The translations under genes and the position numbers were made by a program. Below, piece after piece: positions 13,713-24,880 of a DNA stretch of 64,000 nucleotides; the first letter of the stretch is position 1, and every line of letters starts with the position of its first letter. The notes under the pieces were generated by a model. The model made no database searches, was not told where the DNA came from, and saw nothing but the letters and a program-made list of their open reading frames with translations. Source of the stretch: Ginglymostoma cirratum (lineage: Eukaryota); NCBI GenBank assembly GCA_024137785.1, contig JAHRHZ010000087.1, forward strand, positions 17,037,205 to 17,101,204, read 5' to 3'.

Positions 13713-14495
13713 GTGCAGGAGTAGGCCATTCGGCCCTTTGATCCAGCACCACCATTCATTAAGATCATGGCTGATCATCCACATCAGTATCCTGTCCTGC
13801 CTTATCCCCATAACCCTTGATTCCATTATCTATAAGAGCTCTATCCATCTCTTTCTTGAAAGTATCCAGAGACTTGGCTTCCACTGCCTTCTGGGGCAGA
13901 GCATTCCATATATCCACCACTCTCTGGGTGAAGAAGTTTTTCCTCAACTCTGTTCTAAATGGCCTACCCCTTATTTTTAAACTGTGTCCTCTGGTTCTGG
14001 ACTCACCCATCGGCAGAAACATGCTCCCTGCCTCCAGAGTGTCCAATCCCTTAATGATCTTATACGTCTCAATCAGATCCCCTCTCATCCTTCTAAACTC
14101 AAGTGTATACAAGCCCAGTCACTCCAATCTTTCAACATATGATAGTCCTGCCATTCTGGGAATTAACCTCGTGAACCTACGCTGCACTCCCTCAATAGCA
14201 AGAATGTCCTTCCTCAAATTTGGAGACCAAAACTGCACACAATACTCCAGGTGCGGTCTCACCAGGGCCCTGTACAGCTGCAGAAGGACCTCTTTGCTCC
14301 TATACTCAATTCCTCTTGTTATGAAGGCCAGCATGCCATTAGCTTTCTTCACTGCCTGCTGTACCTGCATGCTTGCTTTCAATGACTGTTGTACAAGAAC
14401 ACGTAGATCTCATTGTACTTCCCCTTTACCTAACTTGACTCCATTTAGATAGTAATCTGCCTTCCTGTTCTTGCCACCAAAGTGGATAACCTCAC
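13672..14495 (-). mobile_element. Young CR1 (HER1-like) 3' fragment
   Basis: ORFs 14119-14382 and 13765-14112 share one frame split by a single stop: LQLYRALVRPHLEYCVQFWSP...RGDLIETYKI...FFTQRVVDIWNALP; simple-repeat tail. Confidence 0.95.
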
Positions 14496-15804
14496 ATTTA
14501 CACAATACATATTACACAATACCAAGTCTAGTAGAACATATTCTCTGCTTGGTTCCAGAATGTGTTAACCAAGAAAATATCTTGAAAGCTTTGAAGAAAC
14601 TCATCATTCAGACCATCATTGTCAATTTGTCTTTTTTTCTAGTTTATATAAAGATCAAAATCACCAATATTTTCAACATCTCTTTATCATAAGCAACCAC
14701 TATTTCTTCCCATATATTTCATCCTATATTGTGATTACTGTTAGGCAGGACAAATGACCACTCTTAATTGTGGCTTATTACGCCCAATATTCTTTATCAT
14801 TACGCTAAAAAATTATACATGCTGATTTCCTGTACCAAGGTCACCAAAACTGTTGTGCCAATACCATACACTTTATCTAACTTCTTAACCTTCTAAATTC
14901 ATATACTGTTCACAAGAGAAATTTATAGATATGACCTTGGACTTCAGATGATGGATATAATTTAACTGATCGCATCCTAGAAGCAGACTTAGATACTGGG
15001 GTGGGGAAGAGTCAATTAATCCAGGAGAAAAGCGAGGGGTCGACAGGCCGTCACCTTCACCCACTCTTCCTTCAATTAAGATTAAGTCAGAGAGGGGTAT
15101 ATTTAGCTTGGTCTTCCCTTCAGACAAGAAAGGTCTTTGTGGCCAATTTAGGGCCCCAAATGATACCATTCAATTGTGGCTCGTATTCAATCAATGATAG
15201 TGCTGGGAGTGATGAGGTCAGGCTGTGCCCCACTAAAGGCCCTTTTAGTGACAAGGTAAGTAGATCCTTGCAGTTCCTAGGAGCAGGATTCACATTCTAA
15301 AGGCTCCAGAAACCCTAAAAGCAGGCAATTAAGATTTAATCCCATCAGAGTTTCCAGATATGGCCACAGTGGAGTTGCCACTGGCTTTCTGACCTGTATA
15401 TGGGGCCACTACTATGGCCATAAATATTAAGTTAATATTTCTTCATGTGGTGTTAACCAAGTCCTACGAATCTTATTCCTCATGAGATAGTCAATAGTAA
15501 AATTATATTCAATATGAATAATAGATTTTACAAGTAGCAAATACCCACCATGAAGATACGCTGAAAGTATGGATGCCCTTCTGCCAACCTTTTGCTTTGG
15601 TAAATATGGTAGAATTAAAATTCAAGACCAAAATAATACTTACAGTGTGACTCAAACTTCTCACAATGTTGGCATGCAGTATATTGAAGAAACTTGCATG
15701 AATTGTATATTTCATTTATAATACGGGAAAAATCATATTTAATGCATTAAGTTTCTAGTTCGTGTCCCTTTATTCTTCTGGCACTAATCATATTAAGTAA
15801 GAAA

Positions 15805-15915
15805 AAGGACTCTTGTGGCATACTGGTAATGTCCTACTCTCTGAACCAGGAGTGCAAATTGCAATACCATCTAATTTGGAAGCATGTCATAACATACCTG
15901 AGCATGTTGATTATA
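15805..15915 (+). mobile_element. Short tRNA-like SINE, decayed
   Basis: Similar to the reverse complement of 44760-44875 (TGGT..TGTCC.TAC...CTG.ACCA.GAG...TGT.ATAAC...GTTGATTA). Confidence 0.45.
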
Positions 15916-15922
15916 AATACTG

Positions 15923-16057
15923 AGATAACAAGGTGTAGAGCTGGATGAACACAGCAGGCCAAGCAGCATCAGAGGAGCAGGAAGGTTGACGTTTTGGGCC
16001 TAGACCCTTACACCTTGTTATCTCAGATTCTCCAGCATCTGCAGTACCTACTATCTC
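15923..16057 (+). mobile_element. Family A palindromic mini-element with most of the sense arm missing; 15-bp TSD
   Basis: TGATTATAAATACTG at 15908-15922 and 16058-16072; antisense arm ...GACGTTTTGGGCCTAGACCCTT joined to ACACCTTGTTATCTC plus tail. Confidence 0.85.
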
Positions 16058-16539
16058 TGATTATAAATACTGTTTTTTCATTAGGTAAAAAACAAGCTAT
16101 CCAATGTAGATAATATAAGACAGTTAAAAACCCAAAATTCTAACCCAAAAGCATTCAGAATCGGCTTCCTTATGTTCCACATCACTGTAAGAGCCCTGCC
16201 ACCCATCCAGCCCTCAAGAACTACTTGCAAAAAACCCAAGGGAACCCTATACCCACCAATACTACTGCTAACAGCCTGCAGCATGGCACCAGACCTGGCT
16301 GACAGCCATTATGGCAGTCATAGGGTTCAGTATCCATATCAACCTCCCAATCCCACCTGTGCAGAAGTTGGGGAGACAGCATGACATTCCCAGTACACTC
16401 CTACAAGCACTGTTAAATCAAAATGTAGAATAGTTTAATTATTTATATTTGGACACACTTAAACTGCAATGTTCCAAAAACTTTCCAATTATGAAAGATG
16501 ATGGATACCAGTAAAAAAAATCTATTTAAAATAGAATGT

Positions 16540-17965
16540 TTTCATGTGGTGCTCTTTTCACATTGGCCAAAGAGGCTAATCCGCGAGAGGCATGATCTGC
16601 CACACATGAAGCTACCAAGTGGTGTTGTGTGTCAGTAGTGAACCTGCTTTAACCACTGATCAGAGAGGTGGTACACACCAGCCATTGGGAGATGCTGTCA
16701 TTTTCCTCAAACGTCAGCTACTGACTTTAACAATCATTAACTGGGATTATATCACTTTCGCATGCATTCCTGAAGAGAGTTTTAGGTACACCAGTGGTCA
16801 TCTGGCTCAGCTCGCACACCATATGGGAAGTCCTTGGCTTTCCGACCACCTTCCGTACTGTTGGTGTACTCACACCAATGACAATAACTTGTTTGATGGA
16901 TGCTAACAAACTTGGGAACTGTTTGTCAGAGGACAGCCGTATTCATTAATTGCTCGCTGCCAGGATGTACCAATAATGCTCTTCAAGTGTGAAAATGGAA
17001 ATTATTGAGTTTCTTTTCTTCCGTGGCTAAAAGTGATTCATGCTTCATGGCCATTAACAGGTTGCTGAGAACACAAGCCTTATAAACTGAGAGCTTGGTC
17101 CGAAATGTCACTTAATATTATTTCATGTGTGCTTTTTGACAGAGCCAAAGATGGTAGCTGCCTACTCTATGTGTCTATCTAGTTCTACATCAAGGGACCG
17201 ATTGTCTGCCATGTTGGAACTGAGGCAGTAGAGTTTACTAAGCACCTTCCAGTGGCCTGAATTTAGTGAAATCAGAGGCACTCATGACCACGTTTCCTCA
17301 GTGCTCATTGCCACGGAGAACAAGTTAAAAGAATGCAACAGTTTATGAATCTTTGTGGCTAAGTTTCCATGTGGGAGACGAGCCCTAACATCAGAGTAGG
17401 TTAACTCTTTGATCAGGACACAATGTGTTTTAATCTTCACTTTCAGTCTTTTTAGAATGTACACCCTGATGTATTGTGCAAATTGATCCCATCTGCTGTG
17501 ATGAGATTTGGCCACATGCTTCTGAACCAGTATTCTCAGTCTCTGGGTTACAGGTCCAGTAACAGCACAGGTCTATAGTGTAATCATATTCATAGCAGAC
17601 CTGCCAGCGTAGAAACCGCACTGAGTTTCCAAATGGAGTTTGTTAAGTATGAACCTAGCAAAGGCCTTTCCCATGATGCTAAGGCATATGATGCCCCACT
17701 GCTGTTGCAGAGTTGACTTTGTAAAGTGTGATAATTCTGGCATCATGCATCGCTTGGGGAATAGAGTTTACTCTTCAACAGAGGTGGAGAAGCTTGTAAA
17801 GGTGGAGTGATAGATAAGATTGATATGCTTGAGCATTTTGACTGGGATTCCATCCTACGAGGTGTCTTTCTGTTTGCTAAGCAGTCTGAGGCTCGTCTTC
17901 GGCAAGGCCTTCTCAAGCTCCAGTACTGAGGCGTCTTCATCCAACTCATCCACCACAGAAAACAA
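16540..17965 (-). mobile_element. Degenerate RTE-clade LINE (RT to C-terminal zinc motif)
   Basis: Hand translation: ELDEDASVLELEKA, DGIPVKMLK, LSIMGKAFARFILNKL, ETQCGFYAGRS, C-terminal FMCGRSCLSRISLF; short SINE-like insert ~17430-17590. Confidence 0.75.
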
Positions 17966-18096
17966 AAATGGATACTTAAATGGACAAAATCTCCTTAAAA
18001 TATACATGCACAGGTATGTAAATGTACAATGGCTTCAGGAGAATTATGTGAATGTACTTTAGACTAGTCAATGAAATAATACAGAAGATGGAGTCG

Positions 18097-18530
18097 TAGA
18101 ATCATAGAACTGTACAGCATGGAAACAGACCCTTCAGTCCAACTCGTCTATGCCAACCAGATTATCCTAAATTAATCTAGTCCCATTTGTCAGTATTTGG
18201 CCCATATCCCTTTAAACCCTTCCTATTCATATACCCATTCAGTGCCTTTTAAATATTGTAATTGTACCAGCCTCCATCACTTTCTCTGGCAGCTCATTCC
18301 ATACACACACAACCCTCTGCATGAAAAAAATTGCCCCTTAGGTTCCTTTTAAATCTTTCCCCCCTCACCTCAAATCAATGCCCTCTAGTTTTGAACTCCC
18401 TTACCCTGGGGAAAAGACCTTGACTATTCACCTTATCCATGCCAGTCTCAATTTTATAAACATCTAAAAGGTCACCTCTCAGCCTCCGGCACTCCAAGGA
18501 AAATAACCCCAGCCTATCCAAGCTCTCCCC
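18097..18530 (-). mobile_element. CR1/HER1 3' fragment
   Basis: Begins with AGAATCATAGAACTGTACAGCATGGAAACAG (reverse of the HE1/HER1-type tail) followed by CR1 ORF2 C-terminal sequence. Confidence 0.85.
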
Positions 18531-19644
18531 TGGTTTTATTCATTGTGTAGGTGTGTTGTGTTTAGAATATTGCACCTGCATCACCACATATGAATGATGA
18601 AATCCGAACTAATACTTGCCTGAACTGGCATCTTCCTGCTTAAGGTGGTTCTAACAACCTTACATACCGAGAGTACTTTCTGCTTGAAGGGAAGACTACT
18701 TTGCATGGATGCAGAATAAGTGGCAGTTTGTCATCTAAAATGATGCCTTTCATGTTTAATAGAGTCAGTCAGTGCTGGATATGAGTAAGCATTGAGAATA
18801 ATCCAGCTAAGAAATGACTTTTCAACAATTCTGAAACAACTAAAATTTACCAATTACATTTTCATGCTTGCTTCTTAGTTAGTTTTCAAAGTATCAATTT
18901 GAGTCACCGTCTTAAGAGATACGATTCAGTGGACAGAGAGTGGAATTTGAATGAAAATATAGTCTTCACCAATTAGACGAATTAATACATTGCTTCCCAA
19001 AAGACTTTTGTTTTCTTATGGAAGCATTCCTGCCCAAAATCTTCTTTGTGGTTGTAATATCCTGAACAAGCTTCATCAATTTTGAAGCTTGTTGAAGGAG
19101 ATGGGGCTATTGCTTCATCTGCTTGCAAGTGGATAAACAGTAAGTCCCAGGTAATCAGGACAGGATTTATAAAACACTGTAATGTGAAGATTTAGTGTGA
19201 GAAACTGTCTCATGTGGCTTTGCTTGTGATGAAACAATGGAGACGTGATGCCACTCTACCAGTGCACCTCACCCCACCTGCTGTCTCCTGGGCTATGTGG
19301 CATTCTGCCAGAATACATGCACACATAGGTGTATCTCTGCATAAGAAAGCTCTTATTCAGCATTATTCTGACATCATGCAGCCCTGTCGGCTAATATGAC
19401 ACAGGTTCCTAATTTTGGGCAACAAATGTCCAGGCAGCATCTCTGTTATTTAGTCAAGAGGAAATAAGCATGAAGCTGTATGATGGACCTTGTAGTAGTA
19501 CTGTTTAAAGGGTCAAGCATTCTGATTGCAAATAAGTTATTTTGAATATTTGTTCCATACAAAGCTTCTGAAGTACTCTACCGTACATGCACAGGGCCAG
19601 CAATTACACTTAATGAGCTACCATGCATGCATTTCATCAATACA

Positions 19645-20322
19645 GATTGAATTGAATTAGCTTTATTGGCACATATACTCAAATGAGAACAGTGAAATGT
19701 TTACAAGTCGCCAATTACAGCACCATCTTACATACCAGGTACCTAGGTACAGATTCTTCAGCATGACTTATTAGGAAAAAAATAGAAAATAAAGAAATGA
19801 AAAGTCCTGCGTTACAGATTGTACCAATGAATTATAAAACAGAGAAATATAAAGTTCAGAACAATGGTCCTTCCAACCCAGTCCGCGCTGGCACCTAGCC
19901 TTCAGTCTCCGTCAGACCTTAATGCCTGAATGTGTTGGGCTTCATCTCCAGGCTCTCGAGGCCATGAGACCGCTCTGGAATCACCTCAAGGCTGGAAGTC
20001 CATGCTGAGGCCATGTTGCCAAAAGACCACTACACATGGTTGAGTGGAAGCCATACTGAGCCAAGAGATCAGTATGCCAGCCTGGGAGACCGCCACGACA
20101 GGCCAACAAGGTGCCTCGCTGGATCCGCACCAAGGTCGACAGTCCGAGTCCATCTGAGGCCGGGAGTCTGAGTCTGCACTGAGGCCAGGAGTTCAGGACG
20201 TCACCAAGACGAAAGAAGGGAGATAAAAAACACAAAAGAAAAACATAAGAGACAAAAATGAGAAAGAAATGGATGGAGAGGAAGAGCTCCAGCTGAAGTG
20301 CCCTACTCCACCACCATCTTGG
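19645..20322 (-). mobile_element. Non-autonomous LINE-like element, no ORF
   Basis: Minus 5' end CCAAGATGGTGGTGGAGTAGG, GC-richer body, 3' end AATAAAGCTAATTCAATTCAAT; related copy at 20850-21345. Confidence 0.55.
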
Positions 20323-20539
20323 TGTACTGATGGACTACAACATTCAGCATCATATGCATCAGGGCTACTCAAGTGCTCACACTTATCTCACACTTAACAT
20401 TAATAAACCTTTGCTGCCTTTTGCACTTGCTCATCACACTTTGGGGTCACTTTACAACATTTCCTGCTCATGCATTACAACTAACTGCTCTTGAATCCAC
20501 TTCCATCCTTCAGAGTTCCTCCATTTGTCTCATTGCAGA

Positions 20540-20660
20540 AGGATTAGCCACATCCAGGCCAAGAGAGCCAAAACAGGTAGAGGCTGACAAACATCAGGCT
20601 TCTCACTCTATATGAAGAGATGGTGGTGGAGCTGATGGGGGAGAAAACAAAAATGACCAC
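20540..20660 (+). pseudogene. Harbinger Myb/SANT-like gene second-exon remnant
   Basis: Acceptor TTGTCTCATTGCAG then RISHIQAKRAKTGRG*...IRLLTLYEEMVVELMG, resembling HNxRERxKTGGG...LTxxEERVLxL. Confidence 0.5.
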
Positions 20661-20744
20661 TTATGATTACAGGGAGACCCCAAAGGGTGACTATCATTGT
20701 ATGGTGAATAGCGTCGTGCTTCTCCCCTATGACATCTTTGTTCT

Positions 20745-21430
20745 ACTTCACTCATGCGATATGGACATGGCTAGCTGGGTCAACATTTATTGTCCATACC
20801 TGCTGTTTAGAGGGTGGAAGTGAGCTGCCCATTTGAACTGCTGCAGCCCATTTAGAATTAGAATTAGATTAGTACATGAGTATGGTGAAAAGTGTACAAT
20901 GTTGCCGTTCCCAGTGCAAACTTAGGTACAAAGGTACCTAGGTAAAAATCTTAGGTACAGTGTAGGAAAATTTTAAAAAAGTTAAAGTCCAAAAGTCTTT
21001 CTTAAGTGCTTAGCATTGCTGGGCTCATGCTGCCAACAAGGGCTTGATCTCCCTTGCTTTGGCCCGCTCACCAGGAGACTTCGGGGTGCCTGCTCCCACC
21101 GCTGCCGCAGATGCCGGGGGACCTCCCTCACCACAGCTTTGGGTTCGATCTCAGACCCTCAAAGTCCCGATCAAGGCCCCCTGCACTGGCCACACTCTCA
21201 ACCCAACGAAGTCACTGCAGCCTCCACAACCGAGCCCTCTCCAAGAGGTAAGTAGAAAAAGAAACAAACTAAAAAAAATAAAATAAAAAGAAATGCAAGA
21301 AAAGAAGAAAAAAAAGGAAAAGAAAAGCAGATGGAGTGGATGAGCTTATTCCGCAGCTGCAACCTGTAGATAGACCGTAATGCTGTTAGGGAGGGAATTC
21401 CAGAATTCTGATGCACTGACAGTGAAGGAC
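20745..21430 (-). mobile_element. LINE 3' tail split by a second non-autonomous element (~20850-21345)
   Basis: CATTTATTGTCCAT...GTGAGCTGCC...CTGCTGCAGCC resumes as CCGCAGCTGC...GCTGTTAGGGAGGGAATTCCAG after the insert; the insert shares GGTACCTAGGTA and A-rich blocks with 19645-20322. Confidence 0.6.
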
Positions 21431-22069
21431 TGTACTACTCTCTCTTCTTCTGCACAAGCTTTCATCCATTTTTGTCCAACTAAATCCCTCTCTCTTCTTA
21501 TATAGGAAATATTGGTACCGAGGGAATGTATGGAAGGAAGAGGCCACTGCCTGAGGCCCTCAGCTCCACCTCCACTTCGAAAGAGGGTACCTACAATCCT
21601 TCAGGTGATGCATTGGCAAGAGCTTCAGCTGCAGCTTCCATCAGCACAGACTTTTATGTTAGTTGGTTCTCTACCTGGATTGGATGCAGGATCATGATCT
21701 GATGAGTATATCACTGACATATCTACACTGCTTGTTTGAGGAAGATATCCCTGAGGTCTCCCTCATTCAGAGGAACTGCTGGAGATCAAACACTTGCTTA
21801 GGCCCAGGCATAACTCTGAGAAGATGTGCCAGTGCATCCATTGCAGCATTGCCACGTACATTTTCAGATAACTGAAGTGAAGACTATAAACCTTGGTCCT
21901 CACTGTTCACCTGTAAACCATTGGTGGATCTTGCCCTGCCACTCCTCCATTGGGAGGCTGTGCAGCAGCCGCTAGAAATCATTATTCTTTTCCTGGCTTG
22001 TTGAGTGCTTGTAATCACTGTCTGCTTCTCTATTGCCTTCTCATTCAGTGTAAGACTGCAAAAAATTCC

Positions 22070-22240
22070 CCGGAAAATGTGGAATTCCCTTCATAAGGAC
22101 ATTGTGCTTTTAACTCCAGCCCATGAAACCGCAGCAGTTCAAGGAGGCAGCTCACCACCACCCTGTCGAAAGCAACAAGGGACAGATAATAAATGCTAGA
22201 CAGCCAGCGACGCCCACATCCCATGAATGAATAAAAAAAA
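22070..22240 (+). mobile_element. CR1/L2-group LINE 3' tail
   Basis: GTTCAAGGAGGCAGCTCACCACC...ATAAATGCT...GCCAGCGACGCCCACATCCCATGAATGAATAAAAAAAA. Confidence 0.8.
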
Positions 22241-22539
22241 CTAGTCAAAGCATCTGTCATTTCAGCTCCATGAACAGATAAACTGGTAGAATAGTCAGAG
22301 AGATCATGTCGTGTTATTGAAGGTCTGTCTGATCCTTTGACCTTTACAATCAGGCTGAATGCTCTGCCCTCAGACAATCTGGCACAGAAGCTTCTCAAAG
22401 AAGTCATTGTCATGCCTCAATAAAGAGCTCAAAACTATGTGACCTTATCAGAAGCATGGAGGACAGCCAAAGTGTTTATGTTACATTGGGAGTAGACATT
22501 TTGCAGGAAGCTACAATGAAAGGCTTGCATCCCAAAAAA

Positions 22540-22765
22540 GAGATAGTAAGAACTGCCGATGCTGGAGTCAGAGATAACACAGTGTGGAGCTGGAGGAGCA
22601 CAGCAGGCCAGGCAGCATCAGAAGAGCAGGGAAGTTGACGTTTCAGGTTGAGACCATTCTTCAGAAAATGAGCTTCTGAAGAAGGGTCCCAAACCGAAAC
22701 ATCAACTTTCCTGCTCATCTGATGCTTCCTGGCCGGCTGTGTCCCTTCAGCTCCACACTTTGTTA
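22540..22765 (-). mobile_element. Complete head-to-head palindromic hammerhead mini-element (family A variant), 15-bp TSD
   Basis: TTGCATCCCAAAAAA at 22525-22539 and 22766-22780; ~95-bp inverted arms meeting at CTTCAGAA...TTCTGAAGAAGGG; ~30-nt tail on the left arm only. Confidence 0.9.
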
Positions 22766-22809
22766 TTGCATCCCAAAAAAACCTCACAGCCCAGGCACAT
22801 GCAGATTTC

Positions 22810-24470
22810 GTCACAGTTATCTCTTAAATCCTGCAGACAGAGCTTGCTCAGGGAAAGCAATCTTGAGATGTTTCTTCAAGCACTCTTTCTGAAGAATAAA
22901 TAACTCAGACAGAAAACAAACCCAGTAAAACATCCAAATACACATATTGGTCCAATTCGTTCTGTATACTTCAGAACAGAACTCCGGTATGACCAGTACA
23001 TTCATTTCCAAGTATTACTTTTTTTTTGCTGATTTTCTTCTCTCTGGGAAGTTTCACCCTAAACTCAACAAGAATGTCAAGGAGGAAGCTTATTCTTAAC
23101 AAGTTTTCCTGCAACTCAATTTGTTCTTCCCTCCAATTGAACCAGAAAAAATCAAATACGTCTCCAAACCAGTCACTGTTCAAAACAGTCTAGTTGAGGT
23201 CAACAGTAAAGCAAGGAGTTATGACCAGTCATGTGATTCACAGGAAGTCTTGTTAAAAAGTAATCTCTGATTTCCTCAGTGAACTTTGAACCGTCTCTTT
23301 TAAATAAACTACCCTACAAAATTTAAAATGATTTTATTTTCCACAATCCTTCAAAAACTCCAAACAATATTACATATAAAATGTCCTTGTAACAATACAG
23401 TCTTGTGTTCGGCTACAGTTACAGAATTGAGGAAGGGTCCAGTTCTGAGGAAGCATCACTGGACCCGAAACGTTAACTCTGATTTCTCTTCACAGATGCT
23501 GCCAGACCTGCTGAACTTTTCCAGCAACTTCTGTTTTTGTTCCTGATTTACAGCACCCACAGTTCTTTTGGTTGTCAAAAGATAAGCATTACTACTGAAG
23601 TTTGGCATAAACTTTTGATAGAAATCACACATCCCCCAAAACTTCATAATTTCTAGCTTAGTTTTCAAGGTAGGGGATTCCACCAAGTCTATATTTTTGT
23701 CTTTCTTGGCAGAAAGAATCATTGTTGAACTTTTTGCCTTAGATAGGTTACCTGTCCTTTAGTAAATCCTTTTTTGACAAGGTTTACTTAAAAAAAAGTC
23801 AGCTGATTCTACTTATACATGTTTTGGTCTTATGGATCCCTACATCCTTGCCAAAGGAATTTCATGGACCATCCTTAATATGTCTTGACAATTTTTGGGA
23901 AGCACCCTTCATCTATTCTTCCTCCACAAGTCCATAAGGAGGTCTTCACTTCCTTATCGGAAACATTTTTACTACAGTTGCATTCTAGAACACCTTCTTG
24001 TCAACATCAATTTGAGCCAATTGTGCTACTCTATTTAAAACAGGCTTAACTCGCTGAGACTCGATAAAAGAAGACTCATTGGATGTTTCCTTCAGAATGT
24101 TCAAAGCCCAAAATAAAATAGCTGATAACCAAAGATCGGGCTGTGGTGTGAATGTGATCTCTGTTTAGCCATTGTTGGGTCACTACACATGAAGGAAATG
24201 TTCCTGAGTCTTTTTCTTTAACTGCTCTATTCTCTTTGACTTGTCTTGACTTTTCTGTAATGACTGGAGAAGCTAGTACATTCACTCTGGCCCAATTATT
24301 CCCAGGAGTAGGTCAAATCTGTCCACAGGCAATCTATGGACAAACTCTACAGTAGTTTCCAGATATTAGGTTATATTCTAGGTGAACCTGATAAAGAGGA
24401 ATATGTTCCCCACCCATACCATTTGCTAAAATATTGGAATTCATTATTCCTTTTCCCAGTCCTTCTGAGG
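22810..24470 (-). mobile_element. Decayed Gmr1-like Gypsy LTR retrotransposon (protease, integrase start, RT/RNaseH linker, putative LTR)
   Basis: NGMGGEHIPLYQVHLEYNLISG and DLLLG (protease end); SPVITEK...FPSCVVT; ILRMVHEIPL...VGIHKTK (integrase zinc region); KFWGMCDFYQKFMPNFS (RT linker). Confidence 0.75.
23428..23572 (+). mobile_element. Family B hammerhead mini-element inserted in the Gypsy element
   Basis: AGTT-CTGAGGA-AGCATCACTGGACCC-GAAACGTT-AACT at 23441-23478, preceded by a partial duplicate TGAGGAAGGGTCC; 3' tail present. Confidence 0.85.
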
Positions 24471-24560
24471 CCCCAAACACAAGTCTTTGTCCAGTACATT
24501 GATGATGTCGGTGCTGCTTCCTGATCTCGTCTGGACTTTGATCAGTCTTATTTCCAATCT

Positions 24561-24880
24561 GGGGCAGCACAGTGGCTCAGTGGTTAAGACTGCTGCCTCA
24601 CAGCACCAGGAACCCAGGTTCGTAACTACCCTCGGGTGACTGTCTGTGTGGAGTTTGCACATTCTGTCCATGTCTGCGTGGGTTTCCTCCGGGTGCTCCG
24701 GTTTCCTCCCCCAGCCCAAAGATTTGCAGGTTCAGCAGATTGGCCATGCTAAATTGCCCATCATGTTTGGGAATGTGTAGATTAGGTGGGTTACAGGGAA
24801 ATGGGTCTGGGTGGGATGCTCTGAGGGTTGGTGTGGACCTGTTGGGCCAAAGGGCCTGTTTCCATTCTATAGGGATTTTA
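24561..24880 (+). mobile_element. HE1-type tRNA-derived V-SINE
   Basis: A box TGGCTCAGTGG, B box GGTTCG, core GTGTGGAGTTTGCACATTCT...GGGTGCTCCGGTTTCCTCCC, tail GGGCCTGTTTCC...TAGGGATT. Confidence 0.92.

Larger units (their letters stand above)
10815..14900 (-). mobile_element. Older CR1 LINE (ORF2 remnant) interrupted by a PLE fragment and a younger CR1
   Basis: ORF 10970-11431 YEDRLGRLGLLSL...RGDF; ORF 12863-13063 KLMGLQADTFMCPDRFHPW (cf. KSPGPDGxHPR); CR1-like 3' UTR near 10820-10970. Confidence 0.8.

Noticed and set aside
13817-14452. 211-aa plus-strand ORF (also 56415-56957 and 4795-5286)
   Set aside because: Antisense shadows of CR1 or PLE coding sequence
22540-22765. Palindromic minis as DNA-transposon MITEs or miRNA genes
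   Set aside because: Asymmetric tail, variable 10-15 bp TSDs, single-arm copies and identity of family B with a PLE 3' end indicate a retroelement origin; no expression evidence for miRNA
24561-24640. tRNA genes at SINE heads
   Set aside because: A and B boxes run directly into SINE cores and tails; no complete cloverleaf
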